Assembly (NCBI GenBank): GCA_023213395.1
Contig: CM041465.1
Location: 138,391,741-138,455,740 of the forward strand
Origin: Cycas panzhihuaensis
Lineage: Eukaryota; Plantae; Cycadophyta
Reading direction: 5' to 3'
Length of the DNA stretch: 64,000 bases
The notes below the pieces were generated by a model, which was not told the origin of the DNA, made no database searches, and saw only the letters and a program-made list of their open reading frames with translations. The translations under genes and the position numbers were made by a program. Below, one piece after another: positions 50,686 through 64,000 of this stretch (within the stretch, counting starts at the first letter, position 1; the number at the start of each line of letters is the position of its first letter).

Positions 50686-53600
50686 TCAGTAGTCCATTCC
50701 ACCCATGCCACCCATGCCGCCCATAGCTGGGGTTTCCTTATCATCCTTAGGTATTTCTACAATCACTGCCTCTGTTGTTGTGAGAAGCGATGAGACACTG
50801 CAAAAAAAGAGAAAGCATGGATTCCAGAAATGCTCTTAGGATGTCATCATTTCCAAGAAAATAATTACAAATGATAAACATCCGGTACGCAAACAGATTG
50901 CCAAGGCCAAAGTTTTACCTTGCTGCATCAACCAATGCAGTCCGTATTACTTTCAAGGGATCAATAATCCCTGCCTTCACCATGTCCACATATTCACCTG
51001 ATCCCACAGCAGGTCAACCACATATTCACATATGTTCCATGATCAAAATATAAATTTCAGCACATGAAACTCTGCAAGAAGCTGTGCTATGCTAACATAA
51101 ACTGAATAGAGTAACTCAACTTAAAGAATCCCAAATAAAATAATTCCTCCTTGACAAGAAACACCAGGGTCACAACTCATCTTTGTATGCTAACTGGACT
51201 ACTAAATGCAACTAATTTTATTCATGTACCTTTTGCAGCATCATAGCCAAGATCAAGATTATCTTGTTCCAGTAACTTTCCGACCACTACAGCACCTTCA
51301 ACACCAGCATTTGCTGCAATTGTATAAGCAGCAGTCTGCAACAGTCACAATATCCAGAATCTAAACCATTAAGGAACTGGAAAAGTGAAAACCCTCATAG
51401 ATGTTACAATAATAAAAAATGCATCAAAATATCAGACCTTCAATGCATTTTGAATTATCTGGACCCCAATCTTCTGATCAAAATTAGCAGTTGGAAGCTT
51501 GTCAAGCTCCCTTGTAGCATAAAGAAGGGCAACACCACCACCTGCAGAAAAGAGACTCAATCGTGCACCTTGGAAACAAATTCCCTGATATAGTGAGGGA
51601 AATAAACATACCTTACCTCAATATTGTTTTGACACCAAGGAATTACAATGGCATCTCTAGACTATAGTTAAACACCATATCCAGCTCTTTACCTGGCACA
51701 ATACCCTCCTCTACTGCTGCTTTTGTGGCATTCAAGGCATCCGTAACCCTGTCTTTCTTCTCCCCTACTTCAGCTTCACTAGCTCCACCAATCTGAGAAA
51801 AGGAAGCCACAAAGAGAAACTTAGAAAGACTGTCAACTGTCCATGATACACAAATTACACGGGTATTCAAAGGCAAGCTCAAAGAAGGCAATCAACAAAA
51901 CCTTGAGAACAGCAACGCCCCCTGACAGCTTTGCCAACCTCTCCTGAAGCTTTTCTTTATCATAATCCGATGTGCTGGCTTCAATAGCAGCCCGTATCTG
52001 TCACCAGCATAGTTGATCCTTCTAATCAAGGGGTAGCATAGGGGTCGCCATCTTTGGTGAACTTTATCAAGGATGAAACATTTATAGGAAAATAAAAAGA
52101 GCCTGTAAAAGAGTTAAAGCAAAACACCATGGCAGCCTTTGGGAACACACCTGCTCGCATCTTTCTTCAATAGCCTTTTTGTCACCACCTCCATCAAGAA
52201 TGATAGTGTCATCCTTCGAAACTGTCACCTATTCCGACAATACAACAATATTATTACTCACCAAAACCCCAAAAACATAAGATACCAGTCTCAACAAGAT
52301 AAACTATAAGTTCATATAACATACCACATTCGAAAGAAAGCAAGATATGAATGCGGTAATCAATCATTGTGGAATTCACCACCAACCTTCTTTGCAGTCC
52401 CCAGCATTTCAACTTCGACCTTATCAAGCTTCATGCCAAGTTCTTCTGTAATCAGCTGCAGAAAGGTCGCAAGTACCAAATCATTTCATTGCATCTCCAT
52501 GTAATCAAATATCCAAATTTTAAAGCAGCCAACTCAAATAAAGTTGTGTTAATATCTCTAATATCCTAGTTACAACATCTAGGAGAGCAAAGGCCATGCA
52601 AAATCCCAAAATTCAAAGGAAGAGATGCGAGGAATAGCAAACTAACTTCACCCCCAGTGAGTGTAGCAAGGTCCTGCAAGTTAGCTTTCCTGTTTTCTCC
52701 AAAGCCAGGAGCTTTGATTGCACACACCTATTTTGGACAGCACAAAAGTGCAATTTAATAAGCATTGCATGAGAGAGTGAAACCAAAACAACAAAACACT
52801 AAGCTTAATAATAAAAACCCCTTAGAAATTTGATGTTATCCGAGGATGAAATGCTAAATTCAATTTCAAAAAACTCTGGACCAGGGGCAAGGAACCAAGA
52901 GAGAAAACAAAAACTTTGAAGTACCGCTTACCTTCACTCCAGCACGAAGCTTGTTCAGAATCAGAGTTGCCAGTGCTTCACTCTCTACATCCTCAGACAC
53001 GATTAAAAGAGGCCTTTGCTTCTGAAAGAATACACAATATATAACATATTTATTTTCCCTCCAGAAAAGTACCAATAATAGTTCCACAGAGAAAAGAAAA
53101 TCAACTATCAAACAGAATGGCAAAGCCATGATACCATAGTATCAACCCCGTTAGCAGTTAGGATACAGCACAAATAAATACAAACACTGGCTAATTACCT
53201 TCAATGCTAGCTCCATCACTCTAACAACCGCATTCAGACTTGATATTTTCTTTTCGTGTATCAAAATAAGAGGATCATCAAGTTCCTGTTCTCATTCAAT
53301 ACCAAATGTATTAGATGACAAAAGATAACTTGCAACCATGTGAGTAAAAAACAATCAATCCACAGCAGCCATTTGAACAATGCAGGCTATTACACTAATG
53401 CAACGAGCATATTGAGGCTTTTGCATCACAAATACAGTAAGCATGATATCTCTTAGGAGAATCAGAATACATATACATAACAGTAGTTTAAAGAGACAGA
53501 ATACAAAGGTTCCATATGATTTCGCAAAGAAAAAAAAAGAAGTTTATTGGAATGTCATGATAAAATGCAAACCATGACCAAGGTATACAACTGGGATTCA

Positions 53601-55853
53601 AATATAACAAAAGGAGAGATGGGACGGGATAATGCTGAAAGAGTTCCTCTAAGCTTTGTACTCACACATTTCTGGGTCTTCTGATTTGTGATGAAATAAG
53701 GCGATATATACCCCCTGTCTAGCTTCATTCCCTCTACGACCTCCAACTCGTTGTACAGTGTCTTCCCATCCTGCACAAACACAATTGCACAAGGATATTT
53801 AACATGAGCAGACATTCAAGAAGCCTACGAGTTATGTTTTGACTTGGCTGCCAAATATTATACCAAAATTCTTAAGAGGCAACTGGCTTACCGCAATAGT
53901 TATGACTCCTTCCTTGCCAACCTTTTCCATTGCTTTGGCAATCAATTCACCTATCTCTCTTTCACCATTTGCCGATATAGTTCCTACCTGGTTTCCAAGC
54001 AACATGCATCCTTAAGTTAGAATGTAAGGTAAAAGCAATTTCCCTCATTGGCAAACAGTTACAACTCCACACATCTAGCACAGAGATTGAAAATTGCATT
54101 TGTGCAAGGTAAAAGTTGAATCTTTGAAGACAGACATCGACAGTTTCAAACTTTCCCACAAAGGCAATACACCATTAACAATATTTTAAAAGCGACACAG
54201 CGACAAAACAGTTGAAAAGTTTCAAACATTCAATCACCAAACAGATTTCTAAATTGCAGTCTTATATCCACATGCCTGTGCAATTTCCTCAGATGTACTT
54301 ATCATCCTTGCCCTGCTTTTCAAATGTGTCACAACAGCATCAACTGCATTAGTAATACCACGCCTGAGGTCCATTGCATTCATCCCAGCTGCCACTGACT
54401 TACAGCCTTCTGTGAATATTGCCCGGGTAAGGATAGTAGCACAGGTTGTCCCTGCACACAGTGTTTCATCATAGGAATTAAGTACAGGCTAACACATTAC
54501 ACATCTCCTGGGCTAAGTTCATCATTAGACACAATATCAAAGACCAGCACATAACAGCCTAACAAAAAACAGATGACACACTGCTATGTGATCAAGGCAG
54601 TTCCCAATGGTAAAGTAACAATCCAAATGTCATGTTCCATAACATTCTAGTGAGTAATAGAAGACGTACTGCTCCATGCTTAAGGCAGTAAATATCAATC
54701 CAGGATGTCATTTTCTTAATTTCTCAAATTTACTGTGCACAAAATATTTCCTTAAAAATCAGCAGAAAGCTTGATAATTGATAGACACAAAATTACCATC
54801 TCCGGCCACATCATTTGTTGCATTGGCAACTTGCTTTACAAGACTTGCACCAACATTCTTTATTCTATCTTTGAATTCAATACTCTTTGCTACAGTAACA
54901 CCATCCTTAGTAACTTTTGGAGCACCAAAGCTTTGTTCAATGACTACATTGCGCCCCTTCAAAAATCGAAACCATGATCAGCAAAAGATCAACCAAACAA
55001 ACAATATGTAGCATGAGCATCATCCAAACATCAAGCCATAGGTGCCCAAATCCCCCAAATCATAGAATGATACAAAAAAAAATGCAACATAGAAGTGAAT
55101 TGAAGCAATATTGAAGTCCAGAAAATGACCAAATGCAGTCAATAGAACATATGAAAAGCAGCAGCACATACAAGAGAAGGGCCTAAAGCATCTCATTGTG
55201 TAAACTCATCCAGATGCAATAAACTATATTCTTAACTTGTGATGGGATCCCTTTCATTCAATACCTGGACAACACCAGGGAAGAGACAAATTGCATGCTT
55301 CAATCAGGGCATACCTTTGGTCCCATGGTCACCTGCACAGCATCTGCAAGTTGTTCCACACCCTGCAGCATTGCAGCTCGGGCTTCAACTCCGAATCTAA
55401 TCTCTTTCGCGGCATAGTTTCTGCTCCAACTGAGTCTGCTGGCACCCTAAAATGTACAAAATCCAAAATATGGTTAGTTTGCAGCCTACAATATGCATGT
55501 ATCATTAAAAGTAATCATATAAACATACCCTTGTCCAAAGCCTATCTTCCAAACTCTAGCAATCATTAGAACTTTGCTGTTCCCTAAAGAATAAATACTA
55601 TAAATACATGTCAAACAATTAATGTAATGGATGAGGTCAGGTACCTGTCTGTAAGAGCTCCGGCAACTGCACAAAACAAAAAGAAAAAAACAAAAGAAAG
55701 AATGCATAAGCAAAACAAAAAAAAAATAGAAATAAACGATCCTTACAATACTAAAAATAAAAAAATAAAAAAATAAAAAAAACAATCCTTACAATATTTG
55801 ACCGGGCTATGAAATGGTGCATAGTAGTCATAATCTTGGGAAATCCTAAATTT

Positions 55854-55908
<55 letters not shown>

Positions 55909-58900
55909 TCATGACATCGTCAAAACATCCATCCATAATCAACCACTAAATAATACCTATGTAGCCTTCTATACTGACCTTTCACAATTAACCAACCACA
56001 TTAACTTGCACTGGATAGTACCTAGGTAGCCTTCCATACTAGCCTTTCATACTGAACCAACCATATTAATCTACACTAACCAACCACATTTCAAATGTGT
56101 AAAAAAAAACAGCGAGTGAAGGATTCTATTATGTGCAAATTACAAAATCAAGTTTAACCATGAAACCTTGATTCAGTGAGTGTCATGGTGGTAATTACTT
56201 ATATATATTTATATATATCTTAAGAAAAAAGATCGAAGGCATGTTGGCAGTAGCAGGACTCAATAGTTCGAGGACACTCATCTCCAAACAGACATATTAG
56301 ACAATTGTAATGGTAAGAAAATTTTGAAAAAGAAGAAAAGGAAAATTCCGACCCCATCTCAAACCATTTGCTTCCCTCACTTGTCTGAGTTCAGTATCAG
56401 CTCAGCAGACTACATTAAACAGTTACCAAAAGCATGTAACAATTAGGAAATGCATGCGTACTGAAGAGCATATATGTAAGGAAAATATAGAAAACAGAGG
56501 TTCCATTTCCCAAAACAGAAATACTTTAAACAGAGAATGAAAAACAAAAACAATAAATTTGAAACCTTTTAAAATGGCAGAAACAACCCCGAATATACAA
56601 AGCCACTAAAATCAAGATTCAAAGTATCTGAAAAAGTTCTATAGCAACCTGCAGTAGCACAAATGGATGACAACAGAACCAAACTACCCAAAACACCCTA
56701 AGTACAGACAAAAAGCTGCCAAAAAGCCCTAGAGATGTCCACAAAATCAAAAAAGTAAAAGAAAACAAAAGCGATACGGCCTATGGTTTAGACTATATGA
56801 TGTAACTAAGCATTTTAGACTATGATGTTCTGTCCAATCTCTGCACATTCCAGATCAGTTTGAGATATTCCCAAATGAAGCAAGCAGAAGAACCCTGCAA
56901 GTTCTACATAAGGGATTGCAGCCATAATTGCAAAAACTAGGCTTATAGGCTTAATCAGTGCACATGTTACAGGAAACTGTTAGCATTTCCTGTTAGTGAA
57001 TATAGACAAAAAGCGGCAAAACTTCTGTTGCCCTTCAGAGGCCATTTTGCCTACCATTGAAAAGCTCTAAGGCTGCGGTCCCATGTGGGGGGGCTGCCAG
57101 AAGACCCAGAGTGGTTGCGCTCCGGTTTTTGCAAAGCGGAGCAAGGAAATTGGGTCCCATGATGGGATTTTCCCATTTCCCTGTGCCCCGTCCCCCGGCA
57201 AACCCTTTTTCCCACCATGGGATCACCCATATTCTGCAACTTCTCTCGATAGTCACTGCAATTCGCCCAGATCAATGCCAGCAATTCCTCCTCTATCTGG
57301 GAGATAACTTGGAGCTCCGTGTCCCAATATCTGCAATATATATCTGGGCATTGATTAAATGATTAAACATGACTAGCAATGTTTTTCTGGAGACGATTCC
57401 CCATAAAGCAATTTGGCCCATGAGTAAGTCTCAGTTTAGTATCCTCAGACCGCATAAAAACATTGCTTGGAACAGCTATACGTCTTAATTTTATATCTTC
57501 ATACTGTCTAATACATTGCTAGTCATAGTTGGAGGCAAGAAATGAGAGATTAGATGCTGGATGAAGCCCTTACAGGCAAAGAAGCAAATTTACAATTGCA
57601 AACTTGTTAGCAAAGAACTTTTTTATTTCATTCGCAGTGATTTAAGTGGGCCTCTCTGGAATATCAAGGCAGGAAAAACGATGAATGAAATCTTTGGCAC
57701 AAAGTTCGCAGATAAAATTTTTGGCAGGATACTCCCTCGCCAATCATCTGAAACCAACTGTCCACTGTAAAAATTGAGCGGTGACCACTCAATTCAGCGA
57801 CACAAAATTTGTGTCGCTGAAAGATGCCAAAGTTGAGCGATTCTGCTCAGGGAATCCTGAAGAAGATTTACTCTTCTTCGGCGAGCAGGTTCCCATCCAC
57901 TGCATAGAACCAGCGGGGCCAAAAAAAAAAGAGAGAAAACGGAGCCCAGCACCCCCCCGCATGGGACCGCGCTCTAACCATTTTGCCCTTCGAGAAAAAG
58001 ATCCCAAAAAAAAAAGAGGAAAAAGAAGTCTGCCAAAAGGACTCAAGAAGTAAATAAATAAACTAATAGAAAATTTGTTAATTCTTTTGCAGTATTTTGA
58101 AGGGGGGATTGCCCTGAATGCTGAAAATGAGTAAATAGAAGATCCTTTACCATGGAGGGACTGGATCCCTACATAAAAAAGGCATGTATTCACTGTCTGG
58201 ATGTTTCCAGTGCCTGAGGATAGTTTTAAAGATCAAATATACAACCATTTGTATACCAATAACTCGCTATGTATACCGGTGCCCTTGAAGGAAAAGATAT
58301 GTCAAATGTGCAATACGTGGGAAAGGTAGAAGATAAGAAACACATAATGACAGATTGCCCTGGATGCAGAAAAATACTCCTGTAAAACCATTACAGCAAA
58401 GATAAACTCCCTGATGGGAAAAGAAAAAACCAACGATCTCAGAAGCCTTATATGAAAATTCCTGTTTTAGGCGGGGTAGGAAGACATTAAAATAGACACT
58501 AAAACGCCAAAAGTCCGATAGACCAACTGTTCGAATGAACGTTAATGTAATCTTCACCATCACCATAGGTAGCGTATGCATGTATCGCGGATAGGCACAA
58601 CCTATACGATTGAACGTGCAGAATGGTGAATGTATACTGCACATGTACTGCAATGATATATGAACAAATCTTTTACACTATCGACATCAATAGAAATCTC
58701 AAACCCAAAATAACTGCTCTGCATTCGAACATTAGCAACAATCGAGATTTGGGGTAAACAGGAAACTCGAGCTCATTATTGAATATGGACTGTGAAACAG
58801 CATAAACCTCCTCTGTAACCCTTAAACCCTAAACCCTACTCTGACAGTCAACCAACCAAAAAGCAATAATAAATTTGCAGAAGATTACATTGCAACCGAA

Positions 58901-59014
58901 AGCTGCCCTACAAAACCAGTACTCAGACAAAACACTGCATACCATCATTGAAAAACTATAGAGAGATTTTGAGACTTACCCAACTTTGGCTAATGCAGTT
59001 GCTACTCTATACAT
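50686..59014 (-). CDS. CPN60: Mitochondrial chaperonin 60 (GroEL family), 18 coding exons, 575 aa. Exons: 59014-58980, 55666-55645, 55446-55315, 54956-54797, 54451-54276, 53987-53892, 53770-53666, 53285-53199, 53021-52932, 52727-52647, 52455-52387, 52228-52151, 51997-51902, 51792-51693, 51541-51438, 51335-51230, 50997-50919, 50797-50686
   Basis: Spliced ORF of 1728 nt with no internal stop. Presequence [46 protein letters not shown] motif, [14 protein letters not shown], and C-terminal [11 protein letters not shown]. All junctions are GT-AG except intron 5 (GC-AG). Confidence 0.97.
55856..55907. repeat. Compound (CT)n(AT)n microsatellite in CPN60 intron 1
   Basis: Direct reading. Confidence 0.95.
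57071..57974. mobile_element. PIF/Harbinger (Tourist-like) non-autonomous element in CPN60 intron 1, 904 bp
   Basis: TSD TAA (57068-57070 and 57975-57977). Imperfect TIRs GGCTGCGGTCCCATGTGGGGGGG and rc GAGCGCGGTCCCATGCGGGGGGG. Confidence 0.88.
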
Positions 59015-59109
59015 CGTTGAGATCAGATATTCAACGAGAACCAAGAAGTCCTGACGAAAGCTTAGTCCTCCTCCTCTGCGCTAAAACTCGCTTCAGCGAG
59101 CTATGAGCA

Positions 59110-59250
59110 CAAGCAATGGGCTTTCTTGAGATCCCGCAAGAATGAAGCGCGTTGAACCTTCTACAACCACAGATTTATCGCATTAAGTACCCCACATGAA
59201 TGAAATGTACTTGAAACGCAGAGGGTCTAGAAGCCTCTATTAGGGCTTTT
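59110..59250 (-). promoter_or_regulatory. CPN60 proximal promoter/5' region with partial heat-shock elements and a site-II-like motif
   Basis: GAACCTTC (59154-59161), TCTAGAAGCCTC (59226-59237) and TGGGCT (59117-59122). A telo-box AAACCCTAA lies at ~58825 in intron 1. These motifs are short and could be chance. Confidence 0.4.
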
Positions 59251-60077
59251 TGGCCTAAGAGGCCTTCACTTCTTGGACTTTGCCAAATTGTTGTTTAATT
59301 TGGCATGCGATATATTTGGAGAGGTTTAGAGATAGGGAAAAGGAAAGAAGGTGTGGAGGTTAGCCAGACATATTTGGACTCGCATGTAATTTTTGTCTTT
59401 TTTTTTTTTCTAAATGATGATATGTATCTAATTTAGTTTGCCATATGTTAATGTAATTTTATGTTTATTATGCATTCACAATATGTGAGATGTTATAATG
59501 TGGCGGGGATGGGTATAGATAAAGATTTTTGTTTGTTGCGCTTTCATGCTATGTAAGATATTATAATGTGATGAGGAGGGGTATTGATAAATTGGATATG
59601 CTCTCAAAGAAATGAATTTGGTGGAACAACCCTAGATGGAAATCTCCTTTGAAATAGTAATAAGGTAGTAATAAAAGTAAACTAAAATAACCTCCATGAT
59701 AGAAAGTGATGCAGTAGTAATAAAAAAGAGTACAAAAGGCTATTCAATAGGATACATAATGCCAAGTAAACATACTTACCTCATTCAAAAAGGGCCCTCT
59801 CCAAATCAACTTTTTATAATAGAAGGGTAGAAGAAATTTTTCCATATATCGTGTCCCCAAATGAGCATCCAATTTGGATATATGTAAGTCTTACAGCTAG
59901 TTAGAATACAATATTCGACTAATTAATTGGAATAGATGCTCTTTGTTTAACAACGACGGCTACCTTTTAGACTTTTGAGGCATAAACTTCCACATTCCTC
60001 TAAATACATTTAAGACCTAGATAATTTTTATTATGTAATGGTTCATATCAATTTTAGTCAAATCATGATTTCCCATA

Positions 60078-62691
60078 AGTCTCCCCCATTTATAATGTTT
60101 TGTCTTAAAATCATTCAATTTTAGAGAAAGAGCACATGCTTATAATAGATTTTATGTCGCATGAAGCATCCTTGAATGGTAGTTACTTGCATTGGATTAA
60201 ACACTCTCAAATGGATTTTATTTATGGTTATTTAACTCACTCTCATGAAATTGCTTTTGCTTATAATATTGATTTCCCTTCTTCCTTAACTAACAAATAT
60301 TCAATCTTTACTAAAATGCATTCTTCTAACTTCTTCTTGAGATATAAGATGTGAAATACATCATGTGACCTTGTCATCCGAAATAGATCTAATGCATGAG
60401 CAGCCTACCCAACTCTTTTATGAATTTAACAAGGACTATAATTTCTTAGAGCTATCTTCTCCTTCATTAACCCCTTAAGAGATGTATGTCTAAATGGATA
60501 CAACTTTATATAAATCTAAACTCCCATTTGAAATCACCTATATATTTGATGTTGATTTACCTCTTCATTCTATTATAAGCAACATATGTGTGTTCCTCAA
60601 GTAACTTTTATACACTATATAATTCTTATAAAGAACCCTTAATTATTAGAGCTCTAGCTTCTATCAATGCCTAACCCTTTATTATAGGAGGTTGAAACCT
60701 ATATAAAGCTCGAAATATAGTTAATTGTGTGTGTGTACACATGTGTATGCATGTTTGTGGTTAATGAAGTTATGGTAAGAGTTCTTTAGAGGAGCCCACC
60801 CATGTTAACTACTTTGCTTGTTTACCACAAAATTGTATAAATATCCTTTCAAGCACATTTCAACCATTTCTTTTTGCTCATTTATTTGAGGTCGAGTAAC
60901 ATATATTTAGGGATAAACTCATTCTAACCTATCAAAATACCTCTTACATAAAACTTAACATTATGATCACTAACTATTTAGGAAATTTATGAAGTTAATG
61001 TATCTCATTCATAAAGATCCCAATCATTTAATGAGCCTTATAATTAGTTTCTATGATGACATATGGACATTCTTTACTAGATAATCAACCATGATAAAAT
61101 TATAATTTCTTTTTTGCCCCCTTTAATTTAAGTAAACTAATGATAAGCCCTATGGATATTAGTTCCCAATTCTTGTTTGGAATAATTAGTGGTTGCAATA
61201 GGTCTGGATAAAGTATGTTCTCCTATTTGTATAATTGATGTATTTTCCATTCAACTACACAATCTTAAATATTTCCTCCATGCCTCTCCAATATAAGAAT
61301 TGCCTAATTTTTGAAAGTATGTCTTCAAGAATCTTATGTTAGTTTTAGTAAGTACTTAATGTTCCTTTTACATCATTAAATCCTTTAATTTAAATTGAGC
61401 TACAAAGTAAATTCTCACATTGCACCATAAAACCTTATTTTCCCACTGTCCCCCTTGTTATAACTTAATGATAGCCTTTATTAATTTTTAGTCTCTTATA
61501 TATCCTACTTGTATGTCCATCATCTATTCCAATATGATAACATTAGTTGAGTCTACCTTAAGGTCTTTATCTATTGAATGAAAGTAACTACAACCATACT
61601 ATACTTTCTATTTTTATTTAGAATTTTAAGATTGATGGCTCAAATTTAACTAATGTATTTATGTTGTTAAAAATAGAGGCTTGTTAAATAAAGACATATC
61701 ATAAGCTAATGGATTTATACTAAGTTGAATGTTACTCTAAAATAGATATCATATCTGTATTTTTAGGGCATTCTTCATGTTCTTCCTTACCTTATCATAT
61801 GTAGATATGAATCATTCCATTCCATTTATTCATCTTCTTATTATCATAGACAATGGGTTTACCTTTTTCTATTAACACTAGTCCTACACCTCTTTTATAT
61901 GTATAGTGTGGCAAGGATAAGAAACATTGTCATTATTCTTTTCAATTCTTAAAATTTTTCTTTTATATGTGTATCCTATTTGAAGTAATGTTTCTCAAGG
62001 AGAATTCTAAAAATGGTTGTTTTTTTAAGTATGGCCTTTCACATACATGTAATGATAACTTATTAGTCCTAAAATCCTCCAAGTTTAGTGAGATTCTTAA
62101 CCATAAGTCACCCAATTATAGCCATGATTTTTACAAGTTCAACCTAAGTCCTTTTTCTAAGATGATATGCCTTAAATGTCTAATGTCATGTTTTATAAAA
62201 CTATAGTTAGATTCCTTATTAATTGTCTCCAAATGCTTCTTCGAATCCTTGTTATGGTTTAGATTGTTGTTAAAGAACATTTATATTAATTTCCTCAAGA
62301 AATAAAACATTACCTCATTTATTATTGCTTATATTGTTATCATAGAATTTATTCATCTAAAGGACATTATGTTGAATTTAGAATCACCTTTGTGTAGCTA
62401 AAAGGCCATCTTTAATACATCTTCCCACAAATTTAATATGTAATAATATAACAATCAAATATTAATTTTTGAGAACTATTAATCTCCAAGTAACCCATTT
62501 AGTAACTCATTAATTCAAGAAATAAGATATCATTTTTTTATAGTAGACTTATTCAAAGCCTTATAATTTACACATTTGAAATGATCCATCCTTTTTCTAT
62601 AAAAGAATAATTGGTTTTGCAAATAGATTTTTACTTAAAATCTTTATGCCTAATTCTAATAATTAATGAAACAACTTCTCAATATTATTTT
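60078..62691 (-). mobile_element. Decayed chromovirus pol (RT, INT, chromodomain) and PPT
   Basis: KKDGSFQMC..YKALNKSTIK..Y (RT); LQPLIIPNKNWELIS (INT); IYIKLYPFRHTSL...HDVFHILYLKKKL; ECLIQCK*LPFKDAS (chromodomain). PPT rc AAATGGGGGAGAC at ~60079-60091. Confidence 0.8.
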
Positions 62692-64000
62692 TGTAATGGT
62701 GTGACCCATAGGGTGAAACCAACTTCCCTATAGGACTTAATTATATCTAAGATTATTCTTACTTTTATCTCAATGATATGTTCCATCAAGAGATGACTTA
62801 ATCTTGAACTCCTACAATTTCATAATATACTTATCCAATACATCTTTTATATGCTTCTCTTTTAGTTCAAATGATTATTCTTGAGTGTTTCATGGGATAC
62901 ACTGGTATCCATAAGGGCTTAATACAAATAAGCTACTTTTGGCACAATTCATGTTTGGGCTCATCACTTATTTAGAATAAGTACTAACCTAGCCCCACTT
63001 ATTCCCTAATCCCAACAGTAAGCAACCTCTTAGTAGGAGGTTGTATCATAAGCAATTACCACATGTTTGACAATGCTTACCCACTCCCTACCAATAATAG
63101 CCCTATTCATGGTCGCTACTTTGATGGTAGGTTGTTAATCCATCTAACCACCTCATCAATTTATTTTATTTGTCTCACTAATAAGTGGGCTTAATACATC
63201 TATCCTATAGTTAATGGCCACATGGTTAAACCATTTTATTCCATCAATTCCATCACATCCCATGCCTTCCATTTTACTTAGGACAATAAGATCTTAGAAA
63301 ATGGCTTGTCCTCCTCCATGCCTTGTGTGATCAACTCGACTAACACCTCAACCTACCTAATTAGCTTATGTTCCACCTAGGTATGTCACATAGTAGTGGA
63401 AGCAAGGTGGACTTCACTCCCAACTTGCATTTAGTATTGATCCCTTCCACCTATATGGAGTTGCCCTCTAATTGGAGACCTATATAGGCAAAATCCTATT
63501 TCACATCCATTTTTATATCCCACTCCACCTTATCAAGTTATATTTACTAGTGCTCTAACTTATTCATTAGCTTATTAAGTGTATTGAGCTATTGGACCCC
63601 AACCAGCTCTAGCTTATCAAATCCTACCTAGACCCACACTACATGTGTTTAAACATATTCCTAAGTGTAATATCTTATCAGGTTAAGGGTAACTCCCAGC
63701 CTATTCCACCATGCTAGACCTACTAATAGGGGTAAATCCCTTATGGTATGGTCCAAACCCAATAACCATATAGGCCTTAACCCATTCTCTCATCTATCAA
63801 TCCTTTAGCTCAACTTGGGATATGCCCTTTCTTGATTATCACATGAGTCCTCTTTCTTTAGAGGGACTTTGAACCAACCTACTACCCCACCCACCAAAGT
63901 TCCCAAATTCAAGGGTACTTCATCTTAAGACCTAAGAGACCATATCAAGGTATTTGCCATAGCATACATTAGCTATTGGCCTTATGACCATATTCTAATA
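62692..64000 (+). mobile_element. Older relative of the Tat element (gag N-terminal region), truncated by the window end
   Basis: 63790-64000 aligns by eye with 13520-13725 (PFLDY..SPLSLEGL*TNLLPHPP.VPKF..TSS*D..DHIK.FAIA). The left boundary (TG at 62692) is uncertain. Confidence 0.65.

Noticed and set aside
31048-59014. Apparent HSP70-HSP60 chaperone cluster
   Set aside because: The HSP70 is a broken cytosolic-type fragment inside a mobile element ~19 kb from CPN60. Proximity is most simply coincidence.
59600-62690. Initially read as a LINE
   Set aside because: Translation shows gypsy RT, integrase and chromodomain motifs instead.

Overview
Eukaryotic (land-plant) nuclear DNA, mostly decayed LTR retrotransposons plus one intact gene. 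The gene is an 18-exon mitochondrial chaperonin-60 (CPN60/HSP60) on the minus strand (50686-59014, 575 aa by manual splicing). The first half of the window is a three-level nest. (i) A ~4.8-kb non-autonomous LTR element (5087-32237, perfect ATTAT TSD) has no recognisable gag/pol and instead carries host-gene fragments: an intronless HSP70 N-terminus joined in frame to a DUF761 C-terminus, plus PLS-type PPR motifs. (ii) Inside it is a Tork/Tnt1-like Ty1/copia element (7749-30115). (iii) Inside that, just before the copia RT YVDD motif, is a 17-kb Tat-type Ty3/gypsy element (9435-26460). Downstream of integrase this element carries an antisense, apparently spliced plant-mobile-domain (PMD) gene and a divergently oriented archaeal-type RNase H. 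The rest is chromovirus and non-chromovirus gypsy relics, two copies of a PIF/Harbinger-type MITE, and tandem repeats. All calls were made by eye, without database searches, so boundaries of decayed elements are approximate.
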